Assembly: GCF_006345805.1 (NCBI RefSeq)
Contig: NC_042997.1
Span: 40,300,001-40,364,000 of the forward strand
Direction of reading: 5' to 3'
DNA length: 64,000 bases
DNA from: Octopus sinensis
Taxonomy: Eukaryota
Every line of letters starts with the position of its first letter. Positions within the stretch are counted from its first letter, which is position 1. A program made the position numbers and the translations under genes. The notes under the pieces are model-generated. The model was not told where the DNA came from and did not search any database. It worked only from the letters and a program-made list of their open reading frames with translations. Below, one piece after another: positions 1 to 11,580 of this stretch.

Positions 1-255
1 TTGTTTTCGTTGGGTTTCCTTGTATGTCTCCACTCCCGTTTTTGTTCTCAAATTTAACCCTCCATAAATCCTGAATTTTACTTTAGAATTTATGCAGCGG
101 CTTTACAGGGGCTCCACAATATTAGAGAATATTAAAATGAAAATCCTGATAATGTATGTGGTGTGTGAAAATATGCGAACAGCAAGATCATATAGATTTC
201 ATCAAACGGTAGTTAATCGAATTTCGTCAAGTGGACAGTAGAAAGAATTTCGTTA

Positions 256-417
256 TGGCTGCGTGGTAAGAAGCGTGCTTCCAAACCACATATTTCTGGA
301 TTCAGTTCCACTGCGTGGCACCTTAAGTAAGTGTCTTTTATTATAGCCTCGAGATGACCAAAGTCTTGTCGGTGAATTTGGTTGACGGAACGGAAATTCC
401 ATCGTGTATATGTGTGA

Positions 418-476
<59 letters not shown>

Positions 477-1262
477 AAAAAGGAGATGTGGAACACGAGT
501 TGTGATATATATAAAAAGGAAATGAAGAAAATGCTGACAAAATAATTTAAGTAAGGGAGAGTGTATTTAATTAGGTGAAAGTTATTTTTACCGGTTGCGC
601 ATTTGTTATGCTTATCAAAAGATATTTTTTAAGAGAGATAGAGTTCCTTTCTGATAGATTTTTTTTCTCTTATCTGCTTTTATGTTGGGTTTGCTGTCTG
701 TTATATGTGAAAAAAGTGGCTCCAGAGTTGTTTAAGATTTGCTTGGTTTCGCGCCTAAAATTTCTTGTGGACAATGGTCAATACAATTTTGATCGGTCAT
801 TATAAAGGGGTCACGTGAATGTTTGAATGGAAGTTGGTGTTGGGGTAAGAAAATAGGCTCCAGAGATGTTAAAATTTGGCTAGTATCGCGCCTAAAACTA
901 GCCAAATTTTAACATCTCTGGAGCCTATATTCTTACCCCAACGCCAACTTCCATTCAAACATTCACGTGACCCCTTTATAATGACCGATCAAAATTGTAT
1001 TGACCATTGTCCACAATAAATTTTTGGCGCGAAACCAAGCAAATCTTAAACAACTCTGGAGCCTCTTTTTTCACATATAAGAGACAGCAAACCCAACATA
1101 AAGTCAGATAAGAGAAAAAAATCAATCAGAAAGGAACTCTATCTCACTCAAAATATCTTTTGATAAGCATAACAAATGCGCAACCGGTAAAAAGAACTTT
1201 CACCTAATTAAATACACTCTCCCTTACTTAAATTATTTTGTCAGCATTTTCTTCATTTCCTT

Positions 1263-1333
<71 letters not shown>

Positions 1334-1590
1334 ATATATATATTTATATATATATATGTATGTATGTATGCATGTATATATCTATGTGTGTGTGTACTTG
1401 TATCTGTGTTTGGCCCCCAAAACCACTTGACAAACGGTGTTTGCAGTTCGGCAAAAGATACCGATCAAATAAGTACTAAGCTTTAAAAAAAGTTCTGGGA
1501 TCGATTTGTTCGACTAAAAACCTTTAAAGCCGTGTCCCAGCATGGCCGCAGTCAAATAACTGAAACAAGTAAAATATAAAAGATAAACAC
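256..1590 (+). mobile_element. tRNA-derived SINE family A copy split in two (5' half ~256-420, 3' half ~1385-1590) by a palindromic insert in its central microsatellite
   Basis: 5' half 'ggctgcgtggtaagaagcgtgcttccaaaccac...ttcagttccactgcgtggcacc' and 3' half '...gcagttcggcaaaagataccgat...cagcatggccgcagtcaaataactgaaacaag' match the intact copies at 5088-5503 and 16745-17116. Confidence 0.8.
505..1273. repeat. Long inverted repeat (palindrome): ~375 bp arms 505-884 and 897-1273, 12-nt spacer
   Basis: '...aaaatttggctagt ATCGCGCCTAAA actagccaaatttt...'. The arms stay reverse-complementary out to 'aaggaaatgaagaaaatgctgac' / 'gtcagcattttcttcatttcctt', with scattered substitutions and indels. Both ends run into (TA)n. 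Confidence 0.95.
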
Positions 1591-1839
1591 TCAGTTGATC
1601 GAATCTCGTAAACTAAAGAAACTATAGGTAAAATTAATAGGCAGAAATTATAGGCTGAACATAGGTTAATAAAAGGCTTGTAGAAGCGAAACATAGGTTA
1701 AATTCTATATGGAAACTATAAGCTGAATATAGGTAAGAGTTTTACTTTCTATTTCGTCATTATTTACATTGGGAAGATGAGAATAAAGCCCTAAAGTTTT
1801 CAGGTCTCCAACTATTGTTAAGCTTCAAATATTTACCAT

Positions 1840-3889
1840 CTTAATAGTGGTCAGTTCCATAACTTATTGGATTGTTCGATTAGTGTAGCACATTATGACT
1901 TCATGTAGTGTATGGAAGTCAAATCAGCTTTGTGAAACTCACACCTCTCCATGTTATACTCTGAAGATAATTCAGAGATATTCCAGCAAGTTAGTGAAGC
2001 AGTTTCCATGACCAGTGTTAAATTGGTTATACCTTGTAATATCTATTTACATATAGGTGAACTGAGTTATCTGACAGCAAAGTTTTAGCCAATAACACAA
2101 TCGGTAGAAGCGCGCAGCAATGAGTCCCATCTCCCAGGAGAGAGCTCGGTGAACTTGCCATTCACTGACTTAACGCACTCATTTCCATCATCCCAAACGC
2201 GAATAGTCACCGTCATAAACACCCACCACTTTTATGAAAAAGGAACTGATTTTCCTGATCGGTGATATTTAATACACAAAGGAAATTTACTTTCCCATTT
2301 CACACATCGTTAGAACCCTCGGGATTTTCCTGAGGAGTTCGTTTCGTTGTCACGACTTGCTAGAAATCAAACTCGAAAGTTATAGAAAGGAAGAGCACAT
2401 CAGATAATTTAGTCTTATAACATTCCTAAAACAACAAAAAATGCGATATTAAAGTAGGAACGCCTTTGAACATAAAGTTGTTAAACAACAACAGTCTTGA
2501 CGAGAACTTTCTGGTGATGTTACCCTTATATGGTCTTCAACTGTTTCTCACCAAATAGATGAGACTTTTCCAGTCAGAGCATTCTATCGAAACATTTGTC
2601 GACGAGCCTTCTCCATCTCATATTCTATTAACTCTGTTGTACCAAAGCGTTAAGCCAAATCGTCCATATTAATTCTTTTATACGTCGGTGACCTACTCTC
2701 TCCTACTTTCAACGAGTTACACCCCTGTACAGATGATAACACCCTTCACTCCTCCTTAACCTTTTGCACACAAACGTCATTCATACCTCCCAACGAATGC
2801 ACTAATTCCGTTTACAAAGAATTAAAACACCATCCAGTGAAGATATAACGACCTATTTTCTGACATAACGAAAATAGACATTACACATATCAAGGAAATA
2901 TCTAAGAATACGCCTTTTTCACTTGTAAACTGTTCGCAGATAAACCTTCACACACTTTTATAAAAGTGTCAAAATCTAGAGATTTCTCATGCGAACGCAT
3001 ATCTGAAAAGTTGCTACAACATATCTACAATGAGACAACGAGGAGACATCTACGTAGGCGCTCCACATTCTAGAAGCAGCAGCCAAATATCTCTCAAATC
3101 ACACCCTAGCATCTGAAGTAAAAGACAATATCAGGATGCCGAGATGATCGCGGTTGGGATGTCTATGATCAGAGCTGATTTGGGGTTGAACCACACCATT
3201 GTAAAAACTATATAAATATATTTTATTTCTTTTTAAGGGAACTAATTTCTGTTCTGAACAATAAATTGTTCTAGCACAATAAATTCCAAACCGCTTTGAT
3301 GGGAAACGCTTAAGTCTAGAATAATTGCTAACGATCAATGAAGCATAACGAACTCCACATCGATTTTAAAGGAAATACTTCAGCCTTAACTGTTGCTAAC
3401 GGCCTACAGAAGATAATGGTCTCCAAACCGACGTAGTGTGTACGTATCTGAGACTAGGCAGAAGTTATATATATTAATATTGTAGACTGCATCGATTGAC
3501 AGACTATCCAAGATTCACTTACTAATATACTTCAATCTATGCAACACCAAAGGACTTTAACTCCACGCTGCCTCAATCACTGGAGTTTTCGCTTTTCTGA
3601 ACTAGCAAACTATGTAGCATCCTACTTGATTCATCGGCCTCTCCTCATCTCATCATCTCTACAGTGTTTCAGCAGTAAATTTTCCGAATTGAATACTTTA
3701 ATCAAATCTTTATTTCTAAAATTTCACCATGGTCTAGGTTTTGCTAGAGATAAATATTTTTTCAGTCCTTAATAGTGGTGAGTTCCATAACTTATTGGAT
3801 TGTTCGATTAGTGCAGCACATTATGACTTCATGTAGTGTATGGAAGTCAAATCAGATTTGAGAAACTCACACCTCACCATGTTATACTC
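1840..3889 (+). repeat. 122-bp direct repeat pair (1840-1961 and 3768-3889)
   Basis: 'cttaatagtggtcagttccataacttattggattg...ccatgttatactc' occurs twice; 5 mismatches counted. Confidence 0.95.
2560..3440 (+). pseudogene. Highly decayed Penelope-like element ORF remnant (GIY-YIG region), interrupted by a family D repeat
   Basis: Translation across frameshifts gives LFADKP (~2930), SCYNI/YNETTRRHLRRR (~3009-3060; compare C..C...YIGET.RHL..R) and LLTINEA (~3325; compare L.IKEAL.I). A decayed HHR-like motif follows at 3407-3436. Confidence 0.45.
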
Positions 3890-4024
3890 GGCTAAACATC
3901 CTATCTTAAATTCTCTCCCTCTTCTGATCTATTTTTGCATAACTGTATTTATAGAATGATACATGCATACATATATATATATATCCATATATGTAGCATA
4001 TGTATCCATAATGAATACGTGAGA

Positions 4025-4063
<39 letters not shown>

Positions 4064-4286
4064 GTTAAAGGGTAATGTATTGAATACCACACGCAATTAA
4101 TTCGCAAAGATTCGGATGTTCATGTCACATGAACTGGCCAATGGGGGCCAACATCTGGAAGCCGCCTTAAAAATATCATAATCCTTTACTCTTCTATAGA
4201 TGCCTGGCGTGATAGTTTTGTTCTACAAGCCAACAAAGCTTTAAAAGGTACGGAGCTGAGTCAAACTGTTATTGGATTATATATCA

Positions 4287-4455
4287 GGCTTGGGTGTGTG
4301 GTTATGAAGATCACTTTTAAACCATAAGCTTTCAGGTTCAATCCCACAACGTAGCATCTTGGAAAAGTATCCTCGACTATAATCCTGAGATAATCACTGC
4401 CACTTGAGTAAATTTGGTAGACTGAAACTGTGTAACTGTGTAGCATCATGTCGTA

Positions 4456-4528
<73 letters not shown>

Positions 4529-4576
4529 ATGAATATATATGTATATATGCATATGTGTGTGTGTAAATATACATAC

Positions 4577-4607
<31 letters not shown>

Positions 4608-5083
4608 GTATATATATAGGTGTGTGTGTGTGTGTGTGTATAAACGTCACTAAAGTGACAAGGATACAAAGTGGTACCAGCATTGCTAGAAATAAGAGTC
4701 AAAACGACTCCTTAGCCACAAAAAGCACTATCTTAGTAAGTTGACGTGGGAGACAAAGCTCCCTACTGAAGTAGCAGATATACCCATATCACGTGATTTC
4801 AAATTCTGATGCAGAATACATATACGTACATACATGCGCACGCGCATGCACACACATATATATGTATGTGTGTGTGTCTTTTCGTCTGCGTCTGGCCAGC
4901 AAAACTACTGTACAACTGTTCATTTGTTTGAATTCCTATAACTCAGCGGTTCGGCAATAGTGTATGTAAAAATATGTAGCAGAATTTAAGAAAAAAAAGA
5001 TAGTTGGGTCGATTTGTTTGACTGAAGCCTTTCAAAGCAGTACCCCAGCATGGCCGCAGTCTGAAGACAGAAACAGCTGAAAG
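4287..5083 (+). mobile_element. Diverged SINE family A copy (5' half ~4287-4440, expanded microsatellite, 3' half ~4880-5083)
   Basis: 'gggtgtgtggttatgaagatcac...caggttcaatcccac' and 'cagcggttcggcaa...ccccagcatggccgcagtc'. Confidence 0.65.
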
Positions 5084-5087
5084 AAAC

Positions 5088-5503
5088 ACTGTGTGGTAAG
5101 TAGCTTGTTTACCAACCACATGGTTCCGGGTTCAGTCCCACTGCGTGGCACCTTGGGCAAGTGTCTTCTACTATAGCCTCGTGCCGACCATAGCCGTGTG
5201 AGTGGATTTGGTAGACGGAAACTGAAAGAAGCCTGTCGTATATATGTATATAATATATATATTATATATATGTGTGTGTGTGTGGTTGTATGTGTGTATT
5301 TGTCCCCCTAGCATTGCTTGACAACCGATGCTGGTGTGTTTATGTCCCCGTTACTTAGCGGTTCGGCAAAAGAGACCGATAGACTAAGTACTGGGATTAC
5401 AAAAAGAATAAGTCCCGGGGTCGAGTTGCTCGATTAAAGGCGGTGCTCCAGCAAGGCCGCAGTCAAATGACTGAAACAAGTAAAAGAGAGAGTAAAGAGT
5501 AAA
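5088..5503 (+). mobile_element. Full-length tRNA-derived SINE, family A
   Basis: Pol III A/B-box-like head ('gtggtaagtagc', 'ggttcagtccc'), CORE-like 'ccttgggcaagtgtctt', central TA/TG microsatellite, tail 'ggcggtgctccagcaaggccgcagtcaaatgactgaaacaag(taaaagag)n'. Many copies in the window. Confidence 0.92.
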
Positions 5504-5920
5504 TCAAATAAGCTAGACATACATTAACGCTTATATTGTTGAATTGTAAATATGAAGTTAGCAGGCTTCAGTGAAATATTTTTACGTTTTTATTTTAAAT
5601 AATTTGGTCTCTTCTTCATTCTATGTTCAATTTAATAAAGCTATAATTAGCGTTATCATTTAAGTCAAACTGCTTTGTTTATTTCTATGAAATATCCGTC
5701 ATAATGAATATTTTCTTTAAATAATTATTACGATAAGATTTCTTTGTATATTCTAATTAGCTATCAACTGTTAGCATACAAAGTAGCATTATGCTAGCTA
5801 TGGGCTATCTTAATGCAGGAGATAGATTTATTCCACTCTGCCGTTATAAATAGTAAATGAATTGTCTCGTATAGCAACAAATTTAACTTTCAATTTAGAT
5901 TGGTAATGTAATTGATGAAT

Positions 5921-5970
<50 letters not shown>

Positions 5971-6037
5971 TTTTTTAAGAAAAGCATAAATCCGAAGAAG
6001 AAGCTCACACTAAGAATGAGAGCAGCCTATGTTTATT

Positions 6038-6141
6038 ACTGGTGAAGGCCGATTCATAGGGTTAACCTGGGTTTCTCGCCATAAAGAGTACCTTTCGTTT
6101 ATGGCGTATCTTTCAGACCCTATAAACCGGCTTTCACCAGT
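6038..6141. mobile_element. 104-bp hairpin MITE-like element
   Basis: Terminal IR 'actggtgaaggccgattcataggg' / 'ccctataaaccggctttcaccagt' (3 mismatches) and internal IR 'cgccataaa' / 'tttatggcg'. TTA flanks both sides if the TIR starts at CTGGTG. Confidence 0.75.
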
Positions 6142-6149
6142 TATATATA

Positions 6150-6330
6150 TATATATACATGAAAACACAAAGAGAAAACACAACAACGCGAGGACGTGGA
6201 GCAAGTAAAGTGTTATTGGACGCTCAGGAAATGAAAGAAAGAAAGAAGGAGGATTTAGCGCTTCGTGCAGAGCTCTTCGTCAGAAACATAGAAAAAGGAA
6301 AGGTCCAAGGAGGGGAAGACATATATATGA
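6150..6330 (-). mobile_element. PLE-like terminal fragment with a decayed hammerhead motif (6252-6287)
   Basis: Minus strand reads 'gttt CTGACGA agagctctgcac GAAG cgcta aatcc' (GAAA changed to GAAG). A related copy lies at 45240-45380. Confidence 0.5.
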
Positions 6331-6789
6331 TGTCCTGATGATCTTCTGATTAATGATGTTCTGGAGATCTTTCTTTATTTCCATTAATTTGTAAATATAC
6401 AATCGTATTGTATAATGCTGAACATATATATATGTGCAAATATTTACGATAGTTAATACCTCCTGAGGAAGGTTGCGAAACGGCTGCTACCCCATAGAAG
6501 TCATGTGGTTAAATATATATTCCCTTCTCAAACTCCTGACTTTATGCTTCATATACTCCTCATAAATTTATTGTTTGGATTTTCTTGATTTCGGTTACAT
6601 GGTCACTTTTCACCACGCTGCTTTGTAATGTATTATTTTGTGGACTGATAACCGAGTCGATATGAGAAGTTTACTGTATCCATATTACATACTACTCTTA
6701 TACTTAAATATAGAAAGGGCACTTGACACATTTACTGGGAGATACATGTATTGTTCAAAACACTTTTGAACAATATGTGTGTGTGTGTA

Positions 6790-6866
<77 letters not shown>

Positions 6867-6952
6867 AATATTCATAATCTATACGTATATATACATGCAT
6901 ACATGCGTGTATATATATATATCATTCATTATATATATATATATATTAATAT

Positions 6953-7328
6953 ATAAATACAGTGTACATCTAAACACATAAGAGATGGTCATAATAGGAC
7001 ATCTAAACCGCTAGAAGGAGTAGTTAAAATCCAAAACACTATTAGGGTTAATTTCGAAAGGAATGAAAAATAAAAACATTTACCATCTATTTCTGGACCA
7101 TGGTTTCAAGCTATCTTCAGCAAATAAAGTAATTTCGCCTGGCAAATTACTTTATTTGCTGAAGATAGCTTGAAACCATGGTCCAGGAAATAGTTGGTAA
7201 ATGTTTTTATTTTTCATTCCCTTTCGAAATTAACCCTAATAGTGTTTTGGATTTTAACTACTCCTTCTAGCGGGTCAGATGTCCTATTATTGCCATCTCT
7301 TATGTGTTTAAATGTACACTGTATTCAT
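6953..7328. repeat. Near-perfect palindrome (~183 bp arms, axis at ~7140) carrying an HHR motif on each arm
   Basis: '...gcaaataaagtaattt CGCCTGGC aaattactttatttgc...'. About 8 differences between arms. Embedded in (TA)n. Confidence 0.95.
7159..7190 (+). ncRNA. Minimal type I hammerhead ribozyme motif (mirror copy on minus strand at 7096-7120)
   Basis: CTGAAGA (7159-7165), tagctt, GAAA (7172-7175), palindromic stem III ccatgg, then TC (GUC site). Stem I tatttg/ca(g)aaata is imperfect and stem II is vestigial. Confidence 0.5.
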
Positions 7329-7483
7329 AATAAATAATAATATATAGTCTATTGACTAGTTTATCCACACGCTAGGCCATAGGTGGTAAAAAAAATTCTA
7401 AATAATTTTTTACTACCCTGAAATTTATTGATAATAATTTAGAGATATATATATATGTATATATATATAATTTCTTTTCCTCA

Positions 7484-7743
7484 ACAGGCCCTGCCCTATT
7501 TAACATTGTCCCGAGGGAGATCAATGAGGAAAAGGATCCCATCAACTTTAAACGGAGTCTGGATAGATTCCTTCAAAGAATACCGGATAAGCCACCCATA
7601 ATTGGATACAACTCACCCAACAAGAACTCACTACTTGAATGGACCATAAAAAAACTTCACTTAAACAGGATTCGAATAATCCTATCAGGTGGTGCTATTA
7701 AGTTAGACATGGCCTGGACCAATCTTTGGTCGAAACATATCTA

Positions 7744-7750
<7 letters not shown>
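7484..7750 (+). mobile_element. 3' fragment of a CR1/L2-like LINE (ORF2 C-terminus plus tail stem-loop)
   Basis: Translates GPALFNIVPREINEEKDPINFKRSLDRFLQRIPDKP, the typical post-RT C-terminal motif. Tail is 'catggcct ggacca atctt tggtc gaaac'. Confidence 0.8.
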
Positions 7751-7781
<31 letters not shown>

Positions 7782-7994
7782 CATACATATATGTATATAT
7801 ATATATATATATATATACATATATATATCTTAATATTTAGCAGAAGCAACAGAGTGACTCAAGGGTTGAGAGTTACGTGTGTTGCCTCTTATCAAACTAT
7901 TTTGATAATTGCTAACTCAGGAAACTCCCGACACTTGAGTCTTTGTGTTGCTTTTGCTAAATAAAGATAAGTATATGTATATATTCATATTTTG

Positions 7995-8236
7995 AGTACT
8001 ATATGCGCGTATGCACGTGTGTGTGTGTGTGTGTTCGCGCGCGTGTGTGCGTGTGTGTGTTCGTGTATCTTTGTGCAAGCGTGTGTGTGTGTGTGTTCGC
8101 GCGCCCGTGTGTGTATGCGTGTGTGTGTATGTGTTCGTGTATCTTTGTGCGAGCGTGTGTGTGTGTGTGTTTGTATGCGTTCGTGTGTGTGTGTGTGTGC
8201 GTGCGCGCGTCTATGTGTGTTCGTATGTGTGCGTGA

Positions 8237-8273
<37 letters not shown>

Positions 8274-8280
8274 TGTGTGA
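7995..8280. repeat. Complex (TG/CG) microsatellite with a ~70-bp duplicated unit
   Basis: 'gtgtgttcgcgcgc...gtgttcgtgtatctttgtgc(a/g)agcgtgtg' occurs twice. Confidence 0.9.
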
Positions 8281-8864
8281 CGTTCTGTCTCTTTTGTTCT
8301 TTGGGGGACGAACGTTACAGTTTGAGATGGACAGCTGAAATTTAAATTTCTCATACAGCCTCTGGGCGGATTGTGTGTAAGAACTTAATTCTTTGACGCT
8401 AGTCTTTCCAACATCGAAATACCTCAGCTGTGCTTCTACTCGTTTTATCAACCACCATCTTTTATTGCGCAGCTTGTATGTTCTAATCGTCTTTTCATAA
8501 ATTTCAGGGAGTGACGTAAAACAGTGGTAACTACTATTGTGTTTGAAGTCAGCTTTAGGTCATCCTGTTTGATCTTGCTGTTTCTTGTTCCCTTTGTATG
8601 TTTATTGCTTTGTTCTACGATTGCTTTATTCCTTTTGTATCGTTTGGCTTTGAGAATATCGTATAGTTTTGTTCAACATTTCTTGTTTTGGCTTTTCGCC
8701 TTTGTTCATAGATTGTCGCCATTTTCTAATGGTAACCGCATCACTTTTTTCGAACTTTTAGACCGGAGGTTTCTTCTGTTATTTCGTTTGTCACTTGTAT
8801 GAAAGTCACATACTCGTAGTCTGTCATGCGTTTCAACCTGTGCCAAAAAATGAGAAAATATCTT

Positions 8865-10182
8865 TATGTATGTATGTATGTATGTATGTATGTATGTATG
8901 TATGTATGTATGTATGTATGTATGTATGTATGTATGTATGTATGTATGAATGTATGTATGAATGTATGTATGTATGTATGTATGTATGTATGTATGCATG
9001 TATGTATATATGTATGTATGCATATATGTATGTATGTATCTATGTATGTATCTATGTATGCATGTATGTATGTATGTATGTATGTATGTATGTATGTATG
9101 TATGCATGTATGTATATATGTATGTATGCATATATGTATGTATGTATCTATGTATGTATCTATGTATGCATGTATGTATGTATGTATGTATGTATGTATG
9201 TATGTATGTATGTATGTATGCATGTATGTATGTATGTATGTATGCATGTATGTATTCATGTATGTATGTATGTATCTATGTATGTATCTATGTATGTATG
9301 CATGTATGTATGTATGTATGTATGTATGCATGTATGTATTCATGTATGTATGTATGTATGCATGTATGTATTCATGTATGTATGTATGTATGTATGTATG
9401 TATGTATGTATGTATGCATGTATGTATGTATGTATGTATTCATGTATGTATGTATGTATTATGTATGTATGTATGCATGTATGTATTCATGTATGTATGT
9501 ATGTATGTATGTATGTATGCATGCATGTATGTATATATGTATGTATGCATATATGTATGTATGTATCTATGTATGTATCTATGTATGCATGTATGTATGT
9601 ATGTATGTATGTATGCATGTATGTATGTATGTATGTATGTATGTATGCATGTATGTATGTATGTATGTATGTATGTATGTATGTATGCATGTATGTATGT
9701 ATGTATGTATGTATGCATGTATGTATTCATGTATGTATGTATGTATTATGCATGTATGTATGCATGTATGTATTCATGTATGTATGTATGTATGTATGTA
9801 TGTATGTATGTATGTATGTATGTATGCATGCATGTATGTATATATGTATGTATGCATATATGTATGTATGTATCTATGTATGTATCTATGTATGCATGTA
9901 TGTATTATGTATGTATGTATGTATGTATGTATGTATGTATGTATGTATATATATGTATGTATGTATGCATGTATGTATGTATCTACGTATGTATGTATCT
10001 ACGTATGCATGTATGTATTATGTATGTATGTATGTATGTATGTATGTATACATGCATGTATGTATGTATGTATGCATGTATGTATGTATGTATGTATGTA
10101 TGTATGTATGTATGTATGTATGTATGTATGTATGCATGCATGCATGTATGTATGTATGTATGTATGTATGTATGTATGTATG
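8865..10182. repeat. 1.3-kb (TATG)n tetranucleotide array with variant units; short satellite copy at ~10293-10345
   Basis: Directly visible. It explains the MYVC/HTYI ORFs. Confidence 0.99.
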
Positions 10183-10390
10183 TCATTATTCCGTTTATTT
10201 CAAAATTTCTTGCCAATAGAGAAAGAACCGGTTTCTAATCAAGATCCAAAGCTCCTTCATTGGAATTTCAACATCAACAACAGGGTATTTTTGTATGTAT
10301 GTATGTATGTATGTATGTATGTATGTATGTATGTATGTATGTATGTGCAGATTTGTATGTTTTATGTATGTATTCTCATGCATATATTTG

Positions 10391-10510
10391 CTTTGGTCGG
10401 CCCGAAGCTAGAGTAGAGGACACTTTCCTAAGGTGCCACGCAGAGGGACTGAACCCGTAACCTTGTGATTAGGAAGCAAGGTTCTTACCAGACAGCCACA
10501 CCTGCGCCAA
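10391..10510 (-). mobile_element. SINE family A, 5' portion
   Basis: Reverse complement of the family A head: 'ggtcggcccgaagcta...aggtgccacgcagagggactgaaccc...cttaccagacagcc'. Confidence 0.8.
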
Positions 10511-10692
10511 AGAATCCTATGGCTTTAAGAGAAAGTTCTTCCAATAGACCAGGCTAACCAGTCACATAGTAATCTAATATAGAGTATAATGCAGAGTTCC
10601 ATACTCCTGAAATGCAGGAGATCTGAGCGGCGAAAATATTTTATGATGACTGTATATATTTTATGAGGAATGTATATGTGTGACTATGTGTG

Positions 10693-10737
<45 letters not shown>

Positions 10738-11120
10738 CTAGCAGTATCGCCCGGCGTTGCTCAGGTTTGTAAGGAAAATAACTATAAAGCATTTTTAGAG
10801 AGTTATAGCCAAAAAATAGCAAAAAAAATGGGAAAAAAATGATGGTAAATTTTTTTTTAGTTAAAAAAGGTGGAGTTGCGTCCCCTAGACAGTTTGCGGT
10901 TTGCGTTTCTAATTCTCGACCCCATGTCGAATTTATCGATTTTTTTCAGAACTGGGGGAACTTTTGAAAATTTTCGCTGCGTTAGTTTTGAATTATGACA
11001 TTGGGCTATGTATGTGTCAAGTTTCATCAGAATCGGTTTGAAAGCCGTGGTCAGGGTGAGGGTACAAGCAAACAGACACACAGAAACACGCACAGACAAA
11101 CTGCCGTTTATATATAGAGA
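10738..11120 (-). mobile_element. Non-autonomous Helitron
   Basis: Minus strand runs A|TCTCTATATATAAA ... cctgagcaacgccgggcgatactgCTAG|T: 5' TC, 3' hairpin plus CTAG, inserted between A and T, no TSD. Confidence 0.88.
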
Positions 11121-11137
11121 TATATATATATATATAG

Positions 11138-11164
<27 letters not shown>

Positions 11165-11171
<7 letters not shown>

Positions 11172-11580
11172 TATAGAATAAAAACTTTATATATAAAGAA
11201 CGTGAAATACACGAAGTGACGAACACGGAAAACAGACAAGTCATTCGAAGCCTTCATTCTTCAGTCAGAAACCGAATCATCATGGCAAATTTCGGCTGTT
11301 TAATTCTGAGATTTGCTCCAAATCGGCCAGCCGCAAGGAAAAACTAATCTGTGGGCATTAGATTTCTTTGGTAGAAGGAAAGAATGTAAACGCAACAGAG
11401 ACGAATATGAAAACAAGAAACGAAGACAAAATTGGAAACAGTAACGGTTAAAAACAAGAATGACAAGGGGCGTCTTACGACTTCGAGACAAAATGAGACA
11501 AAAACAATTGATCAGCAAGCGTGGAAAACAATTACCTTTTCGGTAGAGGGGACACGTGTGGAACAAGCGGCTATCGCCAA
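11165..11580 (-). mobile_element. PLE-like terminal fragment with a decayed HHR-like motif (~11240-11270)
   Basis: Minus strand 'gtttctga CTGAAGA atgaaggcttc GAAT gac'. Same style as the 6150-6330 fragment. Confidence 0.35.

Noticed and set aside
1880-1935. HHR-like ghost inside the 122-bp direct repeat
   Set aside because: About four core positions are wrong, identically in both copies; it cannot be told from a plain hairpin.
5061-5082. CTGAAGA-ca-GAAA-cagctg as a hammerhead
   Set aside because: It is a mutated SINE A tail: no room for stem II, no UH triplet, no stem I.
5088-5160. SINE heads (families A, B, C) as tRNA genes
   Set aside because: A/B boxes are present, but there is no complete cloverleaf and each head continues into a repeated SINE body.
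505-7328. Palindromes as pure assembly or amplification chimeras
   Set aside because: The arms differ by multiple substitutions and indels, which argues for real, aged structures. Long reads are still needed.
8430-8860. Purine-rich minus-strand stretch as a coding exon or LINE ORF1
   Set aside because: Several stops and no motif I can recognise.
8795-10416. 470-484 aa ORFs (MYVC repeats) and all YIYI/VCVC/HTHT/SLSL ORFs in the track
   Set aside because: They are translations of stop-free microsatellites, open in several frames and both strands, with no domain content.
8865-10510. (TATG)n array as the expanded centre of the adjacent minus-strand SINE A
   Set aside because: Strand polarity is wrong (it would read CATA/CA on the plus strand) and no matching 3' half was found.
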